This document shows positions 28,288 through 36,797 of a stretch of DNA of 55,699 nt, one piece after another (the stretch's first letter is position 1; the number at the start of each line of letters is the position of its first letter). The stretch lies in contig JAWUWF010000115.1 of assembly GCA_034111985.1 (NCBI GenBank), positions 1-55,699 on the forward strand, written 5' to 3'. The translations under genes and the position numbers were made by a program. The notes below the pieces were generated by a model, which was not told the DNA's origin, ran no database searches, and worked only from the letters and a program-made list of their open reading frames with translations. This DNA is from Pseudophaeobacter sp. (GTDB lineage: Bacteria > Pseudomonadota > Alphaproteobacteria > Rhodobacterales > Rhodobacteraceae).

Positions 28288-29213
28288 GCGGTGAAGAGTT
28301 TGTCCCCCTGTCCCTGACGCCGATGCTGATTGGTATTTTTGCCGCCGTGGCCTGCGCGCTGCCGGGGAACTTTTTGCTGCTGCGGCGTCAGGCGCTGATT
28401 GGCGATGCCATCAGCCATGTGGTTTTGCCGGGGATTGTCGTGGCCTTCCTGGTGACGGGGGCGATTTCCGCCTGGCCCATGATGCTGGGCGCCGCTGGTG
28501 CGGCCGTGGTGGCCGTGGTGCTGATTGAGGCGATCCGCCGCCTGGGCCGGATCGAGCCGGGGGCCGCCATGGGCGTGGTTTTTACCACCATGTTTGCCCT
28601 TGGCGTGTTGTTGCTGGAGCAGTCTGATACTTCGGCGGTGCATCTGGACGTCGAACACGCGCTCTATGGCAATCTGGAAAGCCTGATCTGGCTGGATGCC
28701 ACTGGCTGGGCCTCGCTACTGGACCGTGAGGCGCTGCGGTATCTGCCGGTCGAGCTGCCACGTATGGCGCTGACGCTTGTCGCGGTTTGCCTGTTCATTG
28801 CTCTGTTCTGGCGTCCACTGAAGATCTCCACCTTTGATGAAGGCTTTGCCCGCACCATGGGTATTCGCACCAATGTGCTGGGTCTCGGCCTGGTCATTAC
28901 GGCTGCCGTGGCGGCGGTGGCGGCCTTTGATGCAGTGGGCTCGATCATTGTTATCGCCATGTTCATCTGTCCGCCCGCTGCTGCCCGGATGATGACCAAC
29001 CGGCTGGAAGGGCAGTTGGGCTGGAGTGTGCTGTTTGCGGTGCTCTCGGCGGTGCTGGGCTATGTCCTGGCTGGCTATGGACCGCTGTGGCTTGGGGCAG
29101 CTGATGCCGTGAGTGCAGCAGGCATGATCGCCACGGTGTCTGGCCTGATCCTGGCAGCGGCCGCCAAATTCGGACCCTGTCGCAGCCGGGCAGGGGCGCC
29201 CGCAGGTGTCTGA
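28284..29213 (+). CDS. Metal ABC transporter permease (ABC-3)
   Basis: GDAISHVVLPG, VHLDVEHALYG, STFD; ATGA overlap with the previous gene. Confidence 0.92.
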   Translation: MSGEEFVPLSLTPMLIGIFAAVACALPGNFLLLRRQALIGDAISHVVLPGIVVAFLVTGAISAWPMMLGAAGAAVVAVVLIEAIRRLGRIEPGAAMGVVFTTMFALGVLLLEQSDTSAVHLDVEHALYGNLESLIWLDATGWASLLDREALRYLPVELPRMALTLVAVCLFIALFWRPLKISTFDEGFARTMGIRTNVLGLGLVITAAVAAVAAFDAVGSIIVIAMFICPPAAARMMTNRLEGQLGWSVLFAVLSAVLGYVLAGYGPLWLGAADAVSAAGMIATVSGLILAAAAKFGPCRSRAGAPAGV

Positions 29214-29266
29214 GGGTCTGATGTCGTGACCACGGTGGCCATTTTAATATGGTCACCATGAACTTT

Positions 29267-29281
29267 GTTCCCCTCTTGTTC
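29267..29281. promoter_or_regulatory. Alphaproteobacterial LexA (SOS) box
   Basis: GTTC-CCCTCTT-GTTC matches GTTC-N7-GTTC, 44 nt upstream of the mutL ATG. Confidence 0.65.
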
Positions 29282-29325
29282 AAAATGCCATGGCAGAATC
29301 GGGTGAAGCTGCTAAATTTAGCGGT

Positions 29326-31233
29326 ATGAGCAGCCAAGACCCCAATATCGGCGATATCCATCGCCCAACCATTCGCCAGCTGGACGACAGCGCCATCAAC
29401 CGGATTGCCGCAGGTGAGGTGGTGGAACGCCCGGCCTCGGCGGTTAAGGAACTGGTGGAAAACGCCATTGATGCCGGCGCCCAGCGGATCACCATCGAGA
29501 TTGCCGATGGCGGCAAAACGCTGATCCGGGTGACGGATGATGGCTGTGGCATGACACCCGACGATCTGCCGCTGGCACTTTCGCGCCATGCCACGTCAAA
29601 GATTGACGGCTCGGACCTGCTGAACATCCATACCTTTGGCTTTCGTGGCGAGGCCCTGCCCAGTCTTGGCGCTGTGGGGCGTCTGACCATCACCAGCCGG
29701 GCCGAAGGGTATGAGGCGGCGCAGATCAAGGTCTCGGGCGGCAGACTGGATCCGGTGCGTCCTGCCGGGCTGCGGGCAGGGACCATCGTTGAGCTGAGCG
29801 ATCTGTTTTATGCCACCCCGGCGCGGCTGAAATTTATGCGCACAGACCGGGCTGAATCGCAGGCGATCAATGATGTGGTCAAACGCCTGGCCATGGCCGA
29901 ACCCTCGGTTGGCTTTACCTTACGCGATGTCTCGGGTGGCGGCGAAGGCCGTGTTACCTTCCGGGCGGACCCGCTGACGGGCGATCTGTTTGACGCGCTG
30001 CACGGGCGTTTGGCTGCGGTGCTGGGACGCGAATTTGCCGAAAATGCGCTGCGCATTGATGCAACCCGCGACGGCATTCGCCTGTTTGGCTATGCGGCCT
30101 TGCCGACCTATTCCCGTGGCGCTGCGGTGGCGCAGTTCCTGTTTGTGAACAGCCGACCTGTGAAGGACAAGATGCTGACCGGTGCGTTGCGCGGCGCCTA
30201 TTTTGATTTCCTCAGCCGCGACCGCCACCCGGCGGCGGCCTTGTTCATTGATTGCGACCCAACCCTGGTGGATGTGAACGTGCATCCCGCCAAATCAGAG
30301 GTACGCTTTCGCGATCCGGGGCTTGCGCGCGGGCTGATTGTCTCAGCCCTGCGCCATGCCCTGGCGGAAGCAGGCCATCGCGCCTCAACCACCGTTGCGG
30401 GGGCCACTTTGGGGGCGATGCGTCCCGAAGCGCCTACTGCCAGCGGCGCGCCGCGCGTCTATCAGATGGATCGCGCCTCGTTAGGGGCGCGGACGGCGTC
30501 GTATGCGGGGCAACGCCCTGATTTCGTACCCGCGCCGCCTCCGCCCATGACCGCAGGGTTTGCCGAGTTGCAAGGCGAGTACAGTGGTCGGGTGACTGAG
30601 GCCCCGGGGCCAATGTTGGATGCGCCCGAGGGCTCCGCGCCCGGGGCCGAGCAGCTGCCTTTGGGGGCGGCACGCGGGCAGGTGCACGAAAACTACATTA
30701 TCGCCCAGACCCGGGACGGCATGGTCATTGTCGACCAGCACGCGGCCCATGAGCGTCTGGTCTATGAAAAGCTGAAGCATCAGATGGCGCAGAACGGCGT
30801 TGCGGCGCAGGCGTTACTGATCCCGGAAATCGTTGAGCTGGGTAGCAATGACTGCGCCCGGATCCTGGCCCATGCCGAGGAGCTGAAAAAATTCGGCCTT
30901 GGGATTGAAGCATTCGGCGGAAATGCCCTGGCGGTGCGTGAAACACCTGCACTGCTGGGAGAAGTGAATGCCGAGGCCATGGTGAAAGACATCCTGGATG
31001 AGCTGGACGATCAGGGCGAAAGCCAGCTGGTGCAGGCGCGACTGGAAGCGATCCTGAGCCGGGTGGCCTGCCATGGCTCGATCCGGTCGGGGCGCCGGAT
31101 GCGCGGCGAAGAGATGAACGCGCTGCTGCGCGAAATGGAGGCAACACCACATTCCGGCCAGTGCAACCATGGCCGCCCTACCTATGTGGAGCTGAAGCTT
31201 GCCGACATTGAGCGACTGTTTGGGCGGAGTTGA
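29326..31233 (+). CDS. mutL: DNA mismatch repair endonuclease MutL
   Basis: [36 protein letters not shown] and CNHGRP. Confidence 0.98.
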   Translation: MSSQDPNIGDIHRPTIRQLDDSAINRIAAGEVVERPASAVKELVENAIDAGAQRITIEIADGGKTLIRVTDDGCGMTPDDLPLALSRHATSKIDGSDLLNIHTFGFRGEALPSLGAVGRLTITSRAEGYEAAQIKVSGGRLDPVRPAGLRAGTIVELSDLFYATPARLKFMRTDRAESQAINDVVKRLAMAEPSVGFTLRDVSGGGEGRVTFRADPLTGDLFDALHGRLAAVLGREFAENALRIDATRDGIRLFGYAALPTYSRGAAVAQFLFVNSRPVKDKMLTGALRGAYFDFLSRDRHPAAALFIDCDPTLVDVNVHPAKSEVRFRDPGLARGLIVSALRHALAEAGHRASTTVAGATLGAMRPEAPTASGAPRVYQMDRASLGARTASYAGQRPDFVPAPPPPMTAGFAELQGEYSGRVTEAPGPMLDAPEGSAPGAEQLPLGAARGQVHENYIIAQTRDGMVIVDQHAAHERLVYEKLKHQMAQNGVAAQALLIPEIVELGSNDCARILAHAEELKKFGLGIEAFGGNALAVRETPALLGEVNAEAMVKDILDELDDQGESQLVQARLEAILSRVACHGSIRSGRRMRGEEMNALLREMEATPHSGQCNHGRPTYVELKLADIERLFGRS

Positions 31234-32447
31234 TGGACGGCATGGGCGCGGCTGTACAGGCGATGAATGAGATCGGACTTATCATCCTGTTGGCTGTGGG
31301 ATTTGCCGGAGTTCTGCTTGTACTGTTGATGATGTCGCTGCGGGCTTCGGGACGCGTGGCGCGGGCGATTTCGCCACTAAGCCAGCAGATGACCCAGCTG
31401 GGACATTCGGTGCAACAGCTGCGCGGTGGCTTGCAGCATGTCTCGGACACCCAGGCGACGGCGCAGGTGCAAATGGTACAAACCGTCGAGGCCCGCCTGT
31501 CAGATGTGCAGCAACACATGAATGACCGGCTGGCTGACAACGCATTGCGTCAGGCGCAGGCCATGGCAGAAATGCAGGAACGCATGCACGAAAGCCTCAA
31601 TGGCAGCAGCAAGCGCACGGTGACCTCGCTCACCCAGTTGCAGGAGCGTCTGGCAGTGATCGACAAGGCGCAGGACAATATCACCAAACTCTCGGGCGAT
31701 GTGCTGTCACTGCAAGATATCCTGTCGAACAAACAGACCCGTGGCGCCTTTGGCGAGATCCAGCTGAACGATATCGTGTCCAAGGCGCTGCCGGCGGGCA
31801 GCTATACGATGCAGGCCACATTGAGCAACGGCAAGCGGGCTGACTGTCTGGTGCATCTGCCCAACCCTCCGGGGCCGATCGTGATCGATTCCAAATTTCC
31901 TCTGGAACCCTATGAGGCGCTGCACCGGGCCGAGACGCGTGATGAAAAAGCCTATGCAATCCGGCAGATGAAGGCCGCGTTGCGGGCGCATATCAGTGCG
32001 ATTTCTGAGAAATATATCATCGAGGGCGAGACCGCCGAGGGCGCGCTGATGTTTCTGCCGTCCGAGGCGGTCTATGCCGAGCTGCACGCCAATTTCACCG
32101 CCGTTGTCCGCGAGGGGTTTACCGCCAGGGTCTGGATTGTTTCGCCAACCACTTGCATGGCGACGCTGAACACCATGCGGGCCATTCTTAAAGACGCGCG
32201 TATGCGGGAACAGGCCGGGGCCATTCGCGCCGAACTGGGGCACCTGCATCGCGATATGCTGCGGCTGGGGGATCGGGTTGGCAATCTGGATCGCCATTTT
32301 GGTCAGGCAGCCAAAGATATCGCCGAGATCAAGATCAGTTCAGAAAAAGCGGGTCAAAGGGCGCAGAGATTGGACAATTTCGACTTTGAAGACATCACAC
32401 CAGAGCGCGCGGTCAATGTAGTGCCATTGGGGGCAAAAGAGCCATGA
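31233..32447 (+). CDS. rmuC: DNA recombination protein RmuC
   Basis: N-terminal TM and coiled coil, KQTRGAFGE, IDSKFP, LMFLPSEAVY and VSPTT; TGATG overlap with mutL. Confidence 0.92.
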   Translation: MDGMGAAVQAMNEIGLIILLAVGFAGVLLVLLMMSLRASGRVARAISPLSQQMTQLGHSVQQLRGGLQHVSDTQATAQVQMVQTVEARLSDVQQHMNDRLADNALRQAQAMAEMQERMHESLNGSSKRTVTSLTQLQERLAVIDKAQDNITKLSGDVLSLQDILSNKQTRGAFGEIQLNDIVSKALPAGSYTMQATLSNGKRADCLVHLPNPPGPIVIDSKFPLEPYEALHRAETRDEKAYAIRQMKAALRAHISAISEKYIIEGETAEGALMFLPSEAVYAELHANFTAVVREGFTARVWIVSPTTCMATLNTMRAILKDARMREQAGAIRAELGHLHRDMLRLGDRVGNLDRHFGQAAKDIAEIKISSEKAGQRAQRLDNFDFEDITPERAVNVVPLGAKEP

Positions 32448-33742
32448 AGCAAAACGCGCTGGACAGCGCTTTGCTGCGCAAAGCCGAGGTTGAAGTTGAA
32501 CGGCTGGTTGCCGTGCTGCGGATCGGTGTGGCACTGTGCCTGCTGTTTGCCTTTCTCTATGCGGTGCAGGGAGAGGGCGCGCATGCGCAGCCCTATCTTC
32601 GGGTGCAGTGGATTTTGGCCCTTTGTACTTTGGTGTCTTATTTTCTGTTGGGGGGGCTGGCGTTTTGGCTGGCGACATCCGGGCGGTTTCGCCGTTGGAT
32701 GGTCTGGCCTGCGGTCACTCTGGATTGCCTGTTCATGCTGGCCAACACCTGGGCGGGATTGATCAATACCGGGCTGCCGGGAGAGCTGACGTTTCTTTTG
32801 CCGCCCACCTGGCTGGTGCCGGTGATTCTGGCGTTTTCCGTGTTGCGCTTTAACCCCTACCTGCAGGCCTATTGTGTCACGCTGACGGTGGCGGGCCTCG
32901 CCTATCTGACCCTGTGGGAGCCAGAGGCCATTACCCCCCATATTGCTGATCGTGTCAAAGATCTGGTTATGTTGCCGCCGAACGTTGTGCGCATCACCAT
33001 GATCGCTTTGGGAGGTGTGGTTCTGATCGCCGCCGCATACCGGACGCGCAAGTTGCTGCACAGTTCTATTGTTGATGCGCAGGCCCGTGCCAATCTGACC
33101 CGGTATCTGCCGGCGCAGATGGCGGATCGGCTGGCCGATGGCGGGCTGAGCGAGCTGCGCCGCGGCAAACAGCATGAGATGGCGGTGATGTTTGTGGATA
33201 TTCGCGGCTTTACCAATTGGTCGGAGGGGCGCGCGCCCGAAGAGGTCGGCGCCTATATCAGTGAGTTTCGCAGGCGGGTGCATCTGGCGGTGGGAAATCA
33301 CGGTGGGATGATCGACAAGTTTATTGGAGATGCAGCGATGATCCTGTTTGAAGAGGAAAACGCCGCCTGTCAGGCGCTGACCTGCGTTGAGGCTTTGCTC
33401 CGCGAGCTGCAGGACTGGGGAGACGCGCGGCGTGCCCTGGGTCGCAACCCGGTGCGGGTTGGCATTGGTGTGCACTTTGGCGAGGTCTTTTCCGGCGTGG
33501 TCGGCGATGCCGAGCGTTTGGAATATTCGGTTTTTGGCGACACCGTGAATACGGCGGCGCGACTGGAAGAGCTGACGAAAACGGCAGGTGCTGGGGTCAT
33601 TGCCTCGGCGGCGGTGCTGCAGGCTGCGGCAGCAGAGCCCGCGCGCGAGGGTTGGACTGCCCTGCCGGCGGTGCATCTGCGCGGGCGCAGCAGTGGGCTC
33701 GAAATCTTTGGACGGGAGCTTGTGGGTCCCGAAGAGCAGTGA
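32444..33742 (+). CDS. Membrane-bound class III adenylate/guanylate cyclase
   Basis: About 6 TM helices, then FVDIRGFT, IDKFIGDA and GDTVNTAARLE; ATGA overlap with rmuC. Confidence 0.92.
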   Translation: MKQNALDSALLRKAEVEVERLVAVLRIGVALCLLFAFLYAVQGEGAHAQPYLRVQWILALCTLVSYFLLGGLAFWLATSGRFRRWMVWPAVTLDCLFMLANTWAGLINTGLPGELTFLLPPTWLVPVILAFSVLRFNPYLQAYCVTLTVAGLAYLTLWEPEAITPHIADRVKDLVMLPPNVVRITMIALGGVVLIAAAYRTRKLLHSSIVDAQARANLTRYLPAQMADRLADGGLSELRRGKQHEMAVMFVDIRGFTNWSEGRAPEEVGAYISEFRRRVHLAVGNHGGMIDKFIGDAAMILFEEENAACQALTCVEALLRELQDWGDARRALGRNPVRVGIGVHFGEVFSGVVGDAERLEYSVFGDTVNTAARLEELTKTAGAGVIASAAVLQAAAAEPAREGWTALPAVHLRGRSSGLEIFGRELVGPEEQ

Positions 33743-33761
33743 TGCGGCACATAGGTTTTTT

Positions 33762-33775
33762 TTGCCTCAGATCAA
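33762..33775 (+). promoter_or_regulatory. FNR/FnrL-like site
   Basis: TTGCC-TCAG-ATCAA versus consensus TTGAT-N4-ATCAA, about 60 nt upstream of the DUF3775 start. Confidence 0.45.
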
Positions 33776-33835
33776 AGACCCTGACCCTGCGCTGCTGTCT
33801 GATGGCGGCACGCAGCGAACAGAAGGAGACAGGTA

Positions 33836-34159
33836 ATGCTAGAGATCTCAACACGCAAGGTAGCGCAGGTCGCGCTGATGGCGCGAGAACTGGGGCGCGC
33901 GGAAGGTGAATTACGCGCCTTTATCGAGCGGCTGGGTCCGGATGAACAGGCCGAGCTTACAGCGATTATGTGGATCGGGCGCGGGAGTTTCGAGGCGGAA
34001 GAGCTGCAGGAAGCCATTGCGACGGCAAAGAATGAAGCCACGACACCTACTGCAGACTATCTGATTGGCACGCCGCATCTGTCGGATAATATCGAAGCCG
34101 GTTTGGACGCGCTGGGCGTGGATGTTCAGGACGTCGAGGGCGACGTTATCGGCCGCTAG
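33836..34159 (+). CDS. DUF3775 domain protein
   Basis: EQAELTAIMWIGRG...ADYLIGTPHLSDNIEAGL; AAGGAG RBS. Confidence 0.85.
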   Translation: MLEISTRKVAQVALMARELGRAEGELRAFIERLGPDEQAELTAIMWIGRGSFEAEELQEAIATAKNEATTPTADYLIGTPHLSDNIEAGLDALGVDVQDVEGDVIGR

Positions 34160-34352
34160 GTCACAGCATGTCCAAACGCGTCGCCGAGCAAATTTAGGCC
34201 CGACCGGCGATCCAGCGGAGCTGTGAGGCCTGCCTAGGCCCGACGCAGCTGCAGGTGAATCGCAGGGCTGTCTTAAGGTAAGAGAGTATCGTTGAAGGGC
34301 GCGCGTCGCTCCGCCAAGCGCCGCGCCTGCAGTCGTTGCTTTCCTTGCTGCC

Positions 34353-34544
34353 TTAGTTTTTCAATGGGCAGGTGTTAATTCCCAGGATCGAATAGAGCGG
34401 GCAGGTGCCAAGCAGGCCGGTGGCCAGTGGCACAATCCCGATCAGCCCCCACAGGGTTTGCGGCCCGATGAAAACAAGGGAGAGCAAAACAAGACCGGCG
34501 ATGACGCGCAGGGCTCGGTCGATGGTGCCTTCGTTCTTTGTCAT
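34353..34544 (-). CDS. DUF2892 (YgaP-like) small membrane protein
   Basis: MTKNEGTIDRALR...GTCPLYSILGINTC; AAGGAG RBS before ATG 34544. Confidence 0.9.
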   Translation of the reverse strand: MTKNEGTIDRALRVIAGLVLLSLVFIGPQTLWGLIGIVPLATGLLGTCPLYSILGINTCPLKN

Positions 34545-34601
34545 TTTGGGATCTCCTTTTGGTGTACCTGTCATCAGTATAGCAAAAGCCGCGGGGAGCG
34601 A

Positions 34602-34618
34602 CGGTGACAGAGTCACCG
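34602..34618. promoter_or_regulatory. Perfect 7-3-7 palindrome, candidate Crp/Fnr-family operator
   Basis: CGGTGAC-AGA-GTCACCG, centred about 41 nt upstream of the start site implied by minus-strand TATACT (34576-34581). Confidence 0.6.
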
Positions 34619-35209
34619 GGTTTGCGAAGATATCTGCCTTAATGCGGCCTGCCCGGTGATTTTGACGCCATCACCGCGCTGTTCAACCAGACCCTGGCGG
34701 GCAAACTCGGCCAGTCGGCGCGAGACATAGGCCCGGCCAGATGCGGTTTCTGCAGCAAGGGCGGCATGGGTTGCGTGTACGACGCCTTCGCTGTCGGCCA
34801 GGCGCAGCAGCACCTTGGCCAACCGGGCGTCAAAGGCGGTGAGCGCCACATCTTCGATCAGCTCTTGATACTCGGCAAACCGCAGGGCAACCGAGGTCAG
34901 CACGTCATTCCTGAATTGGCTGTCGTGTGCCAGCTGTTGCTGAAAGTCAGCCGCCGGGATCAACGCGCCTGCAAGATCAGATTCGACAATCCCTTCGGCG
35001 GCGTAGGTTTGATCTTTGATCAGGCAGGTAAAGGTCTGCAGGCAGACCTCGCCGGGGCGTACCCGGTACAGCACCACTTCACGTCCACTGCTGCCGGTCA
35101 GGGTGACCTTGATCGAGCCTTTTTTCAGGACCAGAAAACCGGGGCAGTCCTGACCTGGGCTGAAAAGAACGGTGCCTTTTGGTGCGGCGAAATTTGTGAC
35201 TTTGCTCAT
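34613..35209 (-). CDS. Crp/Fnr family transcriptional regulator
   Basis: cNMP-like domain (GSIKV...GREVVLYRV) and C-terminal HTH (THAALAAETASGRAYVSRRL). Confidence 0.9.
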   Translation of the reverse strand: MSKVTNFAAPKGTVLFSPGQDCPGFLVLKKGSIKVTLTGSSGREVVLYRVRPGEVCLQTFTCLIKDQTYAAEGIVESDLAGALIPAADFQQQLAHDSQFRNDVLTSVALRFAEYQELIEDVALTAFDARLAKVLLRLADSEGVVHATHAALAAETASGRAYVSRRLAEFARQGLVEQRGDGVKITGQAALRQISSQTR

Positions 35210-35319
35210 CCGAGGCCCTCCAGACACGAGGGGGCAGATCACACCACCGGGATAGGTATTTCAAGAGGCGTAAACAGTACCTGAGACGATCCGGCGCGGG
35301 GTGGCTTAGACAGGCAACC

Positions 35320-35347
35320 AAAAAGGGCCCGCGTTGGCAGGCCCTTT
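35320..35347 (-). terminator. Rho-independent terminator of the saccharopine operon
   Basis: Minus strand AAAGGGCCTGC-CAAC-GCGGGCCCTTTTT. Confidence 0.8.
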
Positions 35348-35393
35348 CAAGGGTGTGGTCAGTACGCACTCAGTTTGGCGCCGAGGTCGGCAC

Positions 35394-36536
35394 TCAACTG
35401 ATGCGGTCGATAACTTCCAGATGCTGGGCCAGCGTGCCGATCTTTCCCATCCACTCCTGCACCAGAGCCGGATCGCTGGGGGCTGCGTGCACACCGGGTG
35501 CGATTTTACCGTTCATCACGGCCTCAATGGCAAAGGATACCGGGAAAGACACCAGACGCGCCATGGCAGTGCTATGCTCATCGCCCCAGGCGTCCATAAC
35601 ATAGGTCTTGTGCCAGACGGGGGTGCCGTCTTTTTCGGCTTTCAGATCAACACAGAGCACCACCCGGTCAGCCTCTCCCTCGTCATAGGAGTTCTCATCC
35701 CAGAACTGATCCGACATCTCCTTGAGGCGGGCGTCACCTGCCTCGCCTTCAAGGGTTTCGACCTCTTTGAACACGCCATCCCAGGCTTCAGTCCAGCCAT
35801 TCAGACGCAGGGTACCGCGGACGAATTCTTTCACTTTCCAGTCCGCGCCAAACTCATACTGCCCAATAAAGGGCAGTGAATCGCGGTTTGGATAGACCTC
35901 AAAGCTCTCAGGGCTGGGCAGCGGCGCGTCAAAGGTCGAGATCGCATCCCAGGGGCGGGCCACGTCCAGCTCTTTGAAATCCCGGATCGATTTGGACGGC
36001 GAGCGCAGCGCTTTTAGCACGCCAAGCGGCGACCAGCTGAACTTGTAGCGAAACGGGTTGGGTGTCTTGGGGATGCCGCCGCAATAGGACAGAAAGCTGA
36101 TCTCATTGCCAGCATCAAAGGCGTCGGAGGCTTTGTAGTCATCCACCAGCGCATGGGCCATCAGGTGGTCGATGCCTGGGTCCAAACCCACCTCGTTGAC
36201 GAGCGCGACGCCTGCAGCACGCGCCTTGTCGTCGAGGGCGCGCATCTCGGGTGCGATATAGGACGAGGAGACAAAATGCGCCCCCTTGGAGATCGCCAGC
36301 TCTGCCAGCGGCACATGCCAGTCGCCGGGCAGCATCGAGACCACAACATCAGCAGGGCTGAGCATCTGGCCCAGATTGTTGATGTCAAAGACATGGATAT
36401 TGGCAGTGAGATCCCCCACTGCATCGCGGGCCTTGTCGGCTGTCCGGTTCCAGACCGCAACATCGTGACCGGCCTCCAACAGGCGACGCAGGCCGGGGAT
36501 GGCCGAAAGGCCGGTGCCACACCAATGAATTGTCAT
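35394..36536 (-). CDS. Saccharopine dehydrogenase (glutamate-forming, LYS9/SDH type)
   Basis: VVVSMLP, NEVGLDPGIDHL, SYCGG, YKFSWSP, YPNRDS, RGTLR and AMARLV. Confidence 0.92.
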   Translation of the reverse strand: MTIHWCGTGLSAIPGLRRLLEAGHDVAVWNRTADKARDAVGDLTANIHVFDINNLGQMLSPADVVVSMLPGDWHVPLAELAISKGAHFVSSSYIAPEMRALDDKARAAGVALVNEVGLDPGIDHLMAHALVDDYKASDAFDAGNEISFLSYCGGIPKTPNPFRYKFSWSPLGVLKALRSPSKSIRDFKELDVARPWDAISTFDAPLPSPESFEVYPNRDSLPFIGQYEFGADWKVKEFVRGTLRLNGWTEAWDGVFKEVETLEGEAGDARLKEMSDQFWDENSYDEGEADRVVLCVDLKAEKDGTPVWHKTYVMDAWGDEHSTAMARLVSFPVSFAIEAVMNGKIAPGVHAAPSDPALVQEWMGKIGTLAQHLEVIDRIS

Positions 36537-36548
36537 GAGAGTTCTCCC

Positions 36549-36797
36549 TTATTTATAGCGTAGTTTGGCCGCCACAATGCTGGTCACAATGAGGATGGCG
36601 CAGATATTTGCAATGATGATTGGCTTGTCTCCCACCATCAGCCCGTAGCAGAACCACAGGCTGACCGTGAGCAGAAACATCAGATTTGATGGCAGCGACA
36701 GACCAGAGGTATCGCGACTGGACCAGGCTTTCCAGGCCTGTGGCAACCAGCAGACGGTGCCCAGAAAGGCCGCGATATATCCGACATAGAGCTCCAT
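36549..36797 (-). CDS. SemiSWEET/PQ-loop family transporter
   Basis: 82 aa, 3 TM helices, WLPQAWK PQ motif, LWFCYG and PIIIAN. Confidence 0.88.
   Translation of the reverse strand: MELYVGYIAAFLGTVCWLPQAWKAWSSRDTSGLSLPSNLMFLLTVSLWFCYGLMVGDKPIIIANICAILIVTSIVAAKLRYK

Noticed and set aside
34160-34352. Intergenic region with TAGGCCCGAC twice and several possible stems
   Set aside because: Short GC-rich stems between convergent genes that match no RNA family I recognise; too weak to call.
32444-35209. Cyclase and nearby Crp/Fnr regulator as a cAMP signalling pair
   Set aside because: The regulator lacks the usual GE...R(S/T)A cAMP-binding pattern and has its own adjacent target gene; proximity alone is not enough.
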